From: Eubacteriales bacterium
Lineage (GTDB): Bacteria > Bacillota > Clostridia > Oscillospirales > CAG-272
DNA: 64,000 nt
Direction of reading: 5' to 3'
Assembly: GCA_045538895.1 (NCBI GenBank)
Contig: JAZQEH010000089.1
Location: forward strand, 253 to 64,252
Program-made: the position numbers and the translations under genes
Notes under the pieces: model-generated
Seen by the model: only the letters and a program-made list of their open reading frames with translations
The model's database searches: none
What the model was told of the DNA's origin: nothing
Shown: one piece after another, positions 1-9,900 of the stretch
Position numbering within the stretch: the stretch's first letter is position 1
Layout of the letters: the number at the start of each line of letters is the position of its first letter

Positions 1-1
1 A

Positions 2-691
2 GCAAACGCAGTTGTTGAAAAAGATTTGTCAAATCATGGCGACTATGATTATGTTTGCTCCGACGGTAAAGTGGTTTGCTGCGGATGTAAGACCGAGGTG
101 GATTCAATAGATTCTCCCGTGGTACTGACCGCCGCTTGTGAACCTTCGGAAAGCAGAGAGGTTAGCGTTACCGTTTCTATTAAGGCGGTAGCCCCCATCT
201 TGGCAAGCAGATTTGTTATAGATGCTCCCGACGGATTTACTCTTGTTTCGGCAGAGTCGCTTATCGGCACAGCGGATGAAAATGCAACAGGCTTTACACT
301 TATACTTCCGGATAGCACCTCGCTTCCTTATGAGGCTATAGTTATGAATTTGTCGCTTGAGGACGCAACCGTTGATGCGGCAGTTCTCAAACTGACATTT
401 GCAGTGGCGGATAATGTGTCGGAGGGAAATTACATTATATCTGTAAATGCCCTCGAAACTTATGATATATCCGGTACGGCAATCGATACTACGTCCGTGC
501 CTTGTGAAGTTAGCGTTAGTGCACGCAAGGTAGGCGACATCAACGGCGACGGAATTGTAACGGTTTTGGATGCTATGAAACTTATCCGTGCGATTGTTAA
601 TGACGAAACTATCGAAAACGGCGATGTTAACGGCGACGGCAAAGTAGGTCTCATTGACGTAATCCGTGTTATGAAACTGATTACACAGTAA
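2..691 (+). CDS. C-terminal part of a probably secreted protein with a cohesin-like domain and a C-terminal dockerin (5'-truncated by window edge)
   Basis: Frame is open from base 2. Beta-rich cohesin-like segment (VSVTVSIK...VLKLTFAVADNVSEGNYIISV) followed by two Ca-binding dockerin repeats GDINGDGIVTVLDA and GDVNGDGKVGLIDV. Confidence 0.75.
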   Translation, partial: ANAVVEKDLSNHGDYDYVCSDGKVVCCGCKTEVDSIDSPVVLTAACEPSESREVSVTVSIKAVAPILASRFVIDAPDGFTLVSAESLIGTADENATGFTLILPDSTSLPYEAIVMNLSLEDATVDAAVLKLTFAVADNVSEGNYIISVNALETYDISGTAIDTTSVPCEVSVSARKVGDINGDGIVTVLDAMKLIRAIVNDETIENGDVNGDGKVGLIDVIRVMKLITQ

Positions 692-700
692 ATAAAATTG

Positions 701-734
701 AAATAGCACTTGCAGAAATGCAAGTGCTATTTTA
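701..734 (+). terminator. Rho-independent terminator
   Basis: aaatagcacttgca-gaaa-tgcaagtgctatttt hairpin directly after the stop codon. Confidence 0.8.
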
Positions 735-1028
735 CTTAGTTGAATTAGTGCCTTTTACCGACTCTATCCTTGCCATTACGGGTTGTTCACAAAACCGTCA
801 CACAAATTTTGGGGTGTTCTATGCCGGTACTGGCTAAGACGGGTGTGCATCGCTTGGAGGCTCCATTGGCTTGACTAAACAGGGAAGTGTAAATTTTATG
901 TCAATGGATTTCCTTAACAAATTCTACCTAAAGTGCCCTATGACGACTATCGACTGGACGAACTGCAGTTTTATTTTAGTAGATTTTGCAAATTTATTAT
1001 TTTATGGCGATACTGCCTACACAGACGC

Positions 1029-1071
1029 AAAGTGCCTTATAGCAAGTAAAGCTTAGCTATAAGGCACTTTT
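1029..1071. terminator. Hairpin, terminator-like
   Basis: aaagtgccttatagc ... gctataaggcactttt inverted repeat with T tail. Confidence 0.55.
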
Positions 1072-1282
1072 TGTTTATTTCCCGCTGGACGCGAGACTGA
1101 CTGGTGGAGGCGAGAATCGTAACCCCAAGGTCTTGCGCGCAAGACCTTATCCCTCGCTTCGCGATGGAGAGGGGTTCTTCATTAGCCCCATCACTCGACT
1201 ATATGGGTTGACTCGTTATCTAAGATGCAAAAGCGAGGAGGCAATCGACAAAATGGAGATGTTAGTGTGAATATCGAACAAG

Positions 1283-2422
1283 TTACTTTTTGTTATATTC
1301 ATTGATAATCTTTTCTTCAAGTTTACTTGAATCTATCCAAATTTTTAGCCAGGCAGAAAGCTCGGCAGTAGTGGTAAATTTGAGAAATTTTTTTATTTTT
1401 TTAATTCGGTATTTAATTGCCTCGTATGATAAATAAAGATTCTTGCTGATTTCTTCAATCGTTTTTGAAAGCAATAAACCGTGTATGATTTTAAGATCAG
1501 TAGCGTCGCAGGCGGTCAGGATTTTTTCAAGTTCTACACATTTTGCTCTTGGGGCGGTTATTTCAATGATTTTTTCCTCATTTAATCTGTCGTATTCTGA
1601 AAAAAACATACCCTCCGGATTTTGTTTTTCAGTAGTTTCTCTAGCTGAAAGGCGACTTTTCATAACGATGTGCATATATGCCATATGGTCGCTTTTCTTT
1701 ATAGAATTGTGGATAGTGGCAATTTCCTTGCCGCTGTTTGCATAGTTCAGGGAAACAGAAGAAAGAGAAGGGGAGGAAAGACTTGACAAAATAGTATCGG
1801 CAAAACTCAAAATCAATATTTTTTCTCTCCAACCGCTATCAATTTCATTGAGAACGAGCATAAGGCAAAATGCAGAAAAGTCATTTGTGCAAATTATTGC
1901 ATCAATCTTATCCTTGCATTCGAGAAGGTTTGAGATAACGGGATAAACGGTCTTATCAGCGAAAAATATGAGCGGCTCGTGAGGGACAAACTGCTTGTAG
2001 GTTTCGATACGCAGACTGTCATGATAGCCGCAGGTATCTGCGTTAAAAAGAGCAATTTTTTTGCAACCCTTTTCCTCAAGGTGCGAAATTGCGAGCCTCA
2101 TATCGCCACGAAAATCGTTTACAACTGTACTGAAATCGCTTGTAGCGGTGTTGGTAGAGTAGTTGGAAAGAAGAATTTTATGGATATTAAAACCGTTATA
2201 TCGATCAAGAAAATATTTATGTCGGCTTTCGTTTGTGGGAAAGAAAACTATGGAAGAATCTTTCTCACCGTACTCTTTCAGGTATTCGCTTAATTCTTCA
2301 GGGGAGGTGATAGAGAAATATTTTATACGGCGTCTTGAAAATTCGCCCGTCATTCCACGGTATCTTTCGGCCGACCAATAACTTGTCGGCTTTATTTTGT
2401 CATAGCATAAAAAAATCGGCAT
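1283..2422 (-). CDS. Transcriptional regulator: LacI-type ligand-binding domain plus C-terminal LuxR-like HTH
   Basis: Likely start MPIFLCY with a GGAGGG RBS. LacI-type motifs HLEEKGCKKIALF, DAIICTNDFSAF, PSLSSV, RETT. C-terminal KTIEEISKNLYLSYEAIKYRIKKIKKFL. Divergent from the M20 gene. Confidence 0.75.
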   Translation of the reverse strand: MPIFLCYDKIKPTSYWSAERYRGMTGEFSRRRIKYFSITSPEELSEYLKEYGEKDSSIVFFPTNESRHKYFLDRYNGFNIHKILLSNYSTNTATSDFSTVVNDFRGDMRLAISHLEEKGCKKIALFNADTCGYHDSLRIETYKQFVPHEPLIFFADKTVYPVISNLLECKDKIDAIICTNDFSAFCLMLVLNEIDSGWREKILILSFADTILSSLSSPSLSSVSLNYANSGKEIATIHNSIKKSDHMAYMHIVMKSRLSARETTEKQNPEGMFFSEYDRLNEEKIIEITAPRAKCVELEKILTACDATDLKIIHGLLLSKTIEEISKNLYLSYEAIKYRIKKIKKFLKFTTTAELSAWLKIWIDSSKLEEKIINEYNKK

Positions 2423-2605
2423 TTCCATCCCTCCTTTGCTTTGATCATAACATAAAACAAAAGCAATTTCAATGGGTAAAAATTTTGGTTTTTTATAACA
2501 AAATATTTTTCCCTTGTCGGTATATAGTTGTGAGATATATACTATATGCGTATAAATGTTTTTTAGAATCATGTGATGCAATATGCAAAGGGTAGAGAGA
2601 TTATT

Positions 2606-3952
2606 ATGACAAGCGAACGTATTTTTGAACTTATAGATTCTCATAGAGAAGAAATGAAAGCCGTACTTGATTTTATGGACGATCATGCGGCAACGGGCTA
2701 TTGTGAATGGGAAACATCCGATTATCTTGCAGGCCTTTACGAAAAACTCGGTTACAGCCTTACAAGAGCCGAAAATATACCCGGCTTTTTTACAGATATA
2801 GACACGGGGAAGCCCGGTCCTAAAGTGCTTATTTTCAGCGAACTTGACGGACTTAACGTGCCCGATCATCCCAAGGCTAACCCTAAAACAGGTGCGGCTC
2901 ACGCTTGCGGACATCACGCACAGTGTGCGGCGCTTTACGGTGTTGCGATAGCGCTGAAAGATCCAAATGTCATCGAAGGACTTTCGGGCGGTATCCGTCT
3001 TTGCATAGTTCCGGCAGAAGAGGGGGTTAAGTCCGACTTCTTGAAAGAATTGATGGACAAGGGAATCGTGCGTTACTCGGGCGGCAAGCGGGAGTTCTAT
3101 GCGAGAGGATATTTTGACGATTGTGATCTTGCCTTTATGATTCATACGGGCGGCGGCTCGCATCATTTTACAATAAAGCCGGGGTGCAACGGCGGCATAA
3201 GAAAGACCGCACGTTTTATAGGAAAAAGCGCACATGCAGGCGCACCGCGGAACGGTATTAACGCACTTCAGGCGGCAACGCTTGCAATGGGGGCGATTAA
3301 CTCTATCCGTGACACATTCAATAATTATGATTTTGTGCGTGTTCATCCGATACTCAGCGAAGCGGGCACGGCGGTGAACGCAGTACCTGGTGTTACGGTT
3401 ATGCTTAACCAGGTACGTGCAAACAGTGTAAAATCGTGTGTAGACATAAACCGCAAGGTTAACCGTGCTGTTGCGGCATCTGCGGCAACGATTGGCGCAA
3501 GGGTGCATCTCACGGATATGCCGGGATATCTGCCCGGCGAATATGACGAGAACCTCATCAACGTTATGATTGAAGGAATGGAAGAAGTTGTCGGCATTGG
3601 AAATGCAAAATATATTACTCAGCCGTGGGATACGGGATGTACGGATATGGGTGATATTTCACAGGTTATGCCTGCGGTCCACGCTTTTGGAAGTGGCGGT
3701 GCAGGCGCAGCACACGGTCCTACCTATCGCATAGCGGATTTTGACAGTGCATGTCTGGATAGTGCCAAAGCACAGGTAATGATAATACGCAAACTTCTTG
3801 AAAACGATGCGGCAAAGGCTAAATACGTTGTCGATAATGCAAAAGTGCATTTTAGCAGCAGAGAAGAATATATCAAACACCTTGATTCTCTTTTTCTCGA
3901 TAAAGAAGCGGTTATTTATAACGAAGATGGCACAATTTTGCTTGATATATAA
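2606..3952 (+). CDS. M20 family amidohydrolase (AbgB/Acy1L2-like)
   Basis: Motifs SELDGL, HACGHH, PAEEG, GKSAHAG, GINAL, VNAVP, GCTDMGD; start MTSERIF. Confidence 0.9.
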   Translation: MTSERIFELIDSHREEMKAVLDFMDDHAATGYCEWETSDYLAGLYEKLGYSLTRAENIPGFFTDIDTGKPGPKVLIFSELDGLNVPDHPKANPKTGAAHACGHHAQCAALYGVAIALKDPNVIEGLSGGIRLCIVPAEEGVKSDFLKELMDKGIVRYSGGKREFYARGYFDDCDLAFMIHTGGGSHHFTIKPGCNGGIRKTARFIGKSAHAGAPRNGINALQAATLAMGAINSIRDTFNNYDFVRVHPILSEAGTAVNAVPGVTVMLNQVRANSVKSCVDINRKVNRAVAASAATIGARVHLTDMPGYLPGEYDENLINVMIEGMEEVVGIGNAKYITQPWDTGCTDMGDISQVMPAVHAFGSGGAGAAHGPTYRIADFDSACLDSAKAQVMIIRKLLENDAAKAKYVVDNAKVHFSSREEYIKHLDSLFLDKEAVIYNEDGTILLDI

Positions 3953-3974
3953 ATAAAAACTTTAGGAGGACAAA

Positions 3975-6900
3975 ATGAACAAGAAATTCTTATTTTTCAT
4001 TATGGCGGCACTCTGCATAATCCTCTCTATTTCTGCTTTTGCGGCAGACACCGTATACGTTGACGGTGCAGGAACGGCAGAGAATTGCTATGCCACACTT
4101 GCAGATGCGGTAAGTGCAGTAGATAACGGCGGCACCGTTGTTCTCACAGTAGATTTCACTTCTACTGCTACTGTAAACCTTGCGGCGAAGGATATTACCA
4201 TCACTTCGCAAAACAATGCGGTGTTTAAACTTAAGCACGCGCTTAAACTTGGTGGCAACACTACGTTTAAAAACATTAAGATTGATAATGCAAGAACTGC
4301 TACTAACTATCTTTACTGTTGCGGCAATGACCTTACAGTTTGTGAGGATGCAACTCTTACAAACAGTGGCGGCAAGACTTTGCTGATTTTTGCAGGCGGT
4401 AATAGCAAGACTGCTTGTGATCTTAACAATACAATTACCGTAAAGAGCGGCGCATGGGGTAACGTTTACCTCGGCGGTTACTATGCAACCGACGTATGTA
4501 GCGGTAACGTAACACTCAACGTTTATGGTTCAGGCACGTCTATTGGAACATTGAAACTCGGTAACTACAATAACGTTGATATGGATGTAAACGCTACCGT
4601 AAACTTCTTTGACGGTACGCTTTCCAATATCACTCAAACGACCGATGCGGCGAAATACAAGTATACCGTAAACCTTTTCGGCGGTACCGCTACCAAGATT
4701 TCCGTACCTGTCAACGTTGATTTGACAAACGGCGGTACTGTAACCATTTCGGATGAAAACGGTCAGACCGTTACAACCACCGCCGCCGACGGCTATGAGG
4801 TTGTAAAGAGTGGTACTACCTATTCGGTACAAAAGGTTGAAACCGTTGCTCCCACAACCGTATACGTTGACGGTACGGGCGCAACTGCGGGCACTTATAC
4901 CACTTTTGAAGATGCGTTCACCGCACTTTCTTCAGAGGGCGGCACCGTTATCGTTTGCGGTGATACCCAGCTTGGTACAACCTCTAAAGGCGTAAACCTC
5001 GGCAACTACAACGACTTTACCGGCAAGGTTACCATTACAAGCGAAAACGGCGCAAAACTTATTTTTGCGCGCTCGATGACTCTTAACACCGATATAGAGT
5101 TCAAAAACATTCATATTCATTGTATCATCCCTTCAAACCTTACTGCAAACAATAACATTCTTGCTCGCGGTAACAAGTTTATCGTTTGCGAAGACGTTAC
5201 AATGACCAAGGATGAGGATGCAATTTATCCTACTGTTGTCGGCGGATATACAAGCGCTACCACCTATGATTCTTACATCGTTATAAAGAGCGGCGCTTGG
5301 CAGAATATTTACGGCGGCGGCTTTAGCAATACCTTTGCCGGCAACTCTTACGTTGAAGTTTCGAATACAACGGTTGTAGGTACTATCAGTACAGGTAACC
5401 GTGCAGGTACTTTCAGCGGTAACGGCACCCTTGTTATCGACCTTCGTGGCGATAAGACAGTAAGCGCAACTTCCTTTAGCGAAAACCCCACAATTTTGGT
5501 GGATGAAGGCTATGAGGCGGTACTTTCAAACGGCACGTATTTACAGAGAGAGCCTATCGTTGCCGACGTTATTTACGTTGACGGCACGGGCAATACTGAG
5601 GGCGCATACACTTCTTTGGCAGAAGCGATTGTGGCATACACCGGCGGCGAGATTGTAGTTTGCGGCGATACCACGGTAAGCGGAGAATTGTTTGTTCCCG
5701 AAAAGGAAAAGGATATCGTTATCTCTTCCAAGAACGGCGCAGTTCTCACACTTAGCGCAAATGTTTCGTTTGCAAAGAATACAAATGACACATCTGTTAC
5801 CTTTAATCTCCCCGTAAAGGCTAATGATGCAAAGATTTTTGGCGGATTCAGAAACGTAACCTTTACCGAAAACTTTAGCGTAGACGGAAAACTCGATTTC
5901 TTTGGCGGCGTTGATACTTCTGCTCTCACAGAAAATGCCGATGCAATCACAGAAAAAGAGTATACCGTAACCGTAAACGGCGGTACTTTTGAAAACTTTG
6001 CACTTGGTAGCTACCGCTACGAGTATAAGCATATGGTTGGTTCTATCGCCGCTCCCGTAACTCTCAATGTAAACGGCGGTACTTTCAACTCCTCGTTTAG
6101 CGTTTCGGGTATGGCTATCATTGCCGACAACGTAACTCTCAATATTACAGGCGGTACGTTCAACTGCCCCATATACGTTCGTGGAGGTATGGGTACTGTT
6201 AATACTAACGGTGTAAAGGCATCGCAGACCGTAAATAGCGACCGCAAGTACTACGCTATCGACGGTGATATCGCAGTTAACATTAGCGGCGGTACTTTCA
6301 ACGGCGGCCTTATAGGTGCATATGAGGAACAGACTGCTTATACCCAGGTAATTAGAGGTGCATACACGGTTTCGATTATCGGCGGTACTTTTGCAGAAGG
6401 TACTGTATTTGATGCAACTCAGGTAAAAGCGTATGCAAACTCCGATAAAAAGGCTACTATCACATATCCCGATACCTACAACTTTAGCGTTGTTCGTTTT
6501 GACAATGTAAACGGCTCTGCCGTAACTTATGACGAGCCTATCCGTATTGCATATATCGGCGACTCTATTACCGAGGGCTACGTAAGCAAGGACCGTCTTA
6601 CAGACTCCTATCCCGCAGTAATTGATAAACTTGCGGCAGAAAAAGGTACAGTAGACCTTGTTTCTTCAAACTACGGTATTTCGGCATCCGGTATTCTTAC
6701 CTCTGCTTCATACCGTTTCACCGATTATCTCGGATATTCGCTTATTCTCGAAGAGACCGATGCAGATTATATTGTTATCGCAATCGGTACAAACGACAGT
6801 CCCGCAGGCGGTACAACCGGCGCACTCAACACCTTTGCAGAAAACTATAGCAATCTCGTTGGTGAAGTGGGCGCAATTCCCACTACCAAGAAGGTATTTG

Positions 6901-9900
6901 TTACAAATGCGCTTGTAAGAGACAACGAAAACAGCGGACAGATAAGAGTTACATCGGTTGTTCGTCCTTTGCAGGAAAGAATGGCAAAAGAGTTTGCGGC
7001 AAAGGATGCGAACAAGTATGTATTCGTTGACCTTTACAGACTCACTCTCCCTTATGCGGCAGAGGACAAGCTTCTTTCTTCTGACAACCTTCATCCCAAT
7101 ACTGCCGGCTATGCAACAATGGCAAACGTTCTTTACGGTGTAATTTTTGAGGGTAATGACGCAACTCCCGATACGTATTACAGTAACGATGTTTATGTAA
7201 GCACAAGCGGCAAGCCTTTTGCAAGCGGTACAAAGGACGATCCTATCTCCCGTCTCGACATTGCGTTTTCTATGCTCCCCGCAGGCGAGGAAGCTACCGT
7301 TCATATTATTGGCAAGGTTGCTTTTGCAGAGAGCCTTTACACTCCTATCACTCCTTCTAAACTTACTATCGTAGGTGAGGGAAGCGGTGCAATTCTTGAA
7401 AACGGCTCTGCATCCTTTAAGCTCGGTAGCGATATCAAGTTTGACAACATTACACTTGCAACTGCCGATTCTACCGAATTCTACGGTTGCTACTACGATG
7501 TTGAAATGACCGACACCGTTTCGCTCACGGGCGACTGGTCATTCTTTGCAGGACATAATATTTATGCCGAGGGCGCTACCAATGCGGCACACGATACGGT
7601 TGCTTCCGCATCTAGCGACGAGGACTGCACAATCATCCTTAAGGCAAACGGCACTTTCACCAATTTCGCACTTGGTAACCGCCGCTGTGTCGGCAAGGCT
7701 CCTTTCGGTACGTATAGCGGCAATCTCACTGCTTATATTGGTGATAATATCACAATAACCGGCACCGAGCACGTTGGTATTATTGGTCAGAACTATCTTA
7801 CCGGTAATATCACCGTAGAAATGCCCGAGGAACTTGTACTTCCCGAATATGCTCCGACATATACTGTTACTTCTCCTATTGTATATGACAGTACAAAGAA
7901 TACGGGTATAGTTACGGTAATCACGTACAAGTCTACCCCTGCTATTATTCCCACCACGGTTTATCTTGACGGTACCGGCGCGACTGACGGCGCATATACA
8001 GACTTCAAAGCGGCGGTAAGCGCACTTAAAAACGGCGGTACTGTAATCGTTTGCGGCGACACGCAGATAGGTACTACCGGCAGTGGCGGTGGTGTAACTC
8101 TTGATGCAGTTTCCGGCAAGGTTAAAGTGGTATCTGAAAACTCCGCAGTATTAACTATCGCACGCTCTCTGAGTCTTTCAAGCGAGATGGAGTTTGACAA
8201 TATCATAATCAACTCTATTTCTACTTCAATCGGAAATATTTTCTGCAGAGGTAATAAACTCACAATCGGTAGCGGTGTTACCGTTACCGTTGGCAGCGGA
8301 GCAGTATATCCCGCACTCTTTGGCGGCGCAAGCAGCGGCACAGTAAACTATGATACCTGCATGGAAGTTTATGGCGGTACTTGGCGTGCTATTTACGGCG
8401 CAAACTATGGCGGAACGCTTACAGGTAACTCTACACTTGTAATCGGTAATGCCGTTTGTAACGGTAAACTTTCAGCGGCTAATTTCAGCGGCACATTTAA
8501 CGGAAATGCTACGCTCACCATTGACCTTCGCGGCGGAAAGACAGTAAGCGCAGGTACATATGTCAGCGTTCCGGTGTTCCTTGTAGATGAAGGATACGAG
8601 GCGGTGCTTGACGGCGGTGTATATTCGCAAAGAGAGCTGGCGCCGGCACCCAAACTTGCTTATGTTGACGGCGTTGGTGAAGCAGAGGGGTATTATAAAG
8701 ACCTTGCATCGGCCGTAGCGGCTCTTCGCAATGGCGGTACCGTGGTTGTTAGCGGCAAAGTTAAGGTTGATAGCGAAACCACACTTTTAGCGGGTGGCAA
8801 GGTTCTTATCACCTCTCGTTATGAGGACGAAGACTACACCGACACCGCAGTACTCGAACTTTCAAGCGATATCGTATTAAACACAGCGGTTACTTTTAAG
8901 GATATAACTCTTGATAAAGTATCAAGCAGCAATGTTAACATTGTTGCAATGGGTAACGAGCTTGTAATTGATGAGGGCGTATATTGCCGCAATACGCTTG
9001 CTTCCAACTATATCATTCTCGTTGGCGGCGCAAAGAGCGGCACGTTTGAAGGCAATTCAAATATTACCGTTAAGAGCGGTTACTTCCGCAATATTTACGG
9101 CGGTAATACAAACGGTACGTTCAAGGGCAATTCCACCGTAAACTTCCTTGGCGGTTATGTTGACAATATGGTTACCGGCGGTAGCTTTATGGGTAACTTT
9201 GAAGGCGACGCTGCTGTTAATGTTGGCGGCGATGCGGTTTTTGTAGGTACTGATACAGCAGTAGGCATTATAGGCGGATGTTGTGGCTCGGGTAGCGGTC
9301 AGTACACCTTTGTCGGCGATATTCACCTTAATTTCTACGGTAGCTCCCGTGTAAATTCCAGCGTTTACGGTACAACACGTTATTCCAATGTTACAACCAC
9401 AGGTAACGTTTATATCACTGTTAAGGATGATGCCTACATATATAGCAATCTCTATGCAGGCGGCTATAATGGCACACTTAACGGCAACACAAGTGTAGTT
9501 ATAGATAGCGGCTGGGTTGGTGTTAATCTCTCTGCAGGTAGCCGTAGTGGCACCGTAAACGGTGATACCTATCTTGAGGTTAACGGCGGTCAGATTAACT
9601 ACTATTTCACCAATTATCATTCCTCATATTCCAAGACTGCAGGCGAATATAACGTTGGCGGCGGCGGACTCACCGGTTCTGTAAACGGTAATACCACAGT
9701 TGTGATAAACGGCGGTGATATCTACGGTAACGTTTACGGCGGCGCATTAAGCACAGGTACAGTCAGCGGCAACTCTACCGTAACCCTTACGGGCGGTAGC
9801 ATTATGTGCGGCGCATATGCAGACGGTAAAACCGCAGGCAGCGTTGCAGGTACAAAGACTCTCAATATTGACCTTTCAAAGGGCGGCACACTTTCGCTCG

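Noticed and set aside
790-1000. Possible ncRNA or IS end, and the 61-aa ORF 871..1056
   Set aside because: No recognisable RNA consensus, no partner inverted repeat or transposase, and no convincing RBS
2423-3508. N-terminal 360 aa of the 741-aa ORF 1283..3508
   Set aside because: Largely the antisense shadow of the M20 gene; the regulator-like sequence and RBS begin at 2422
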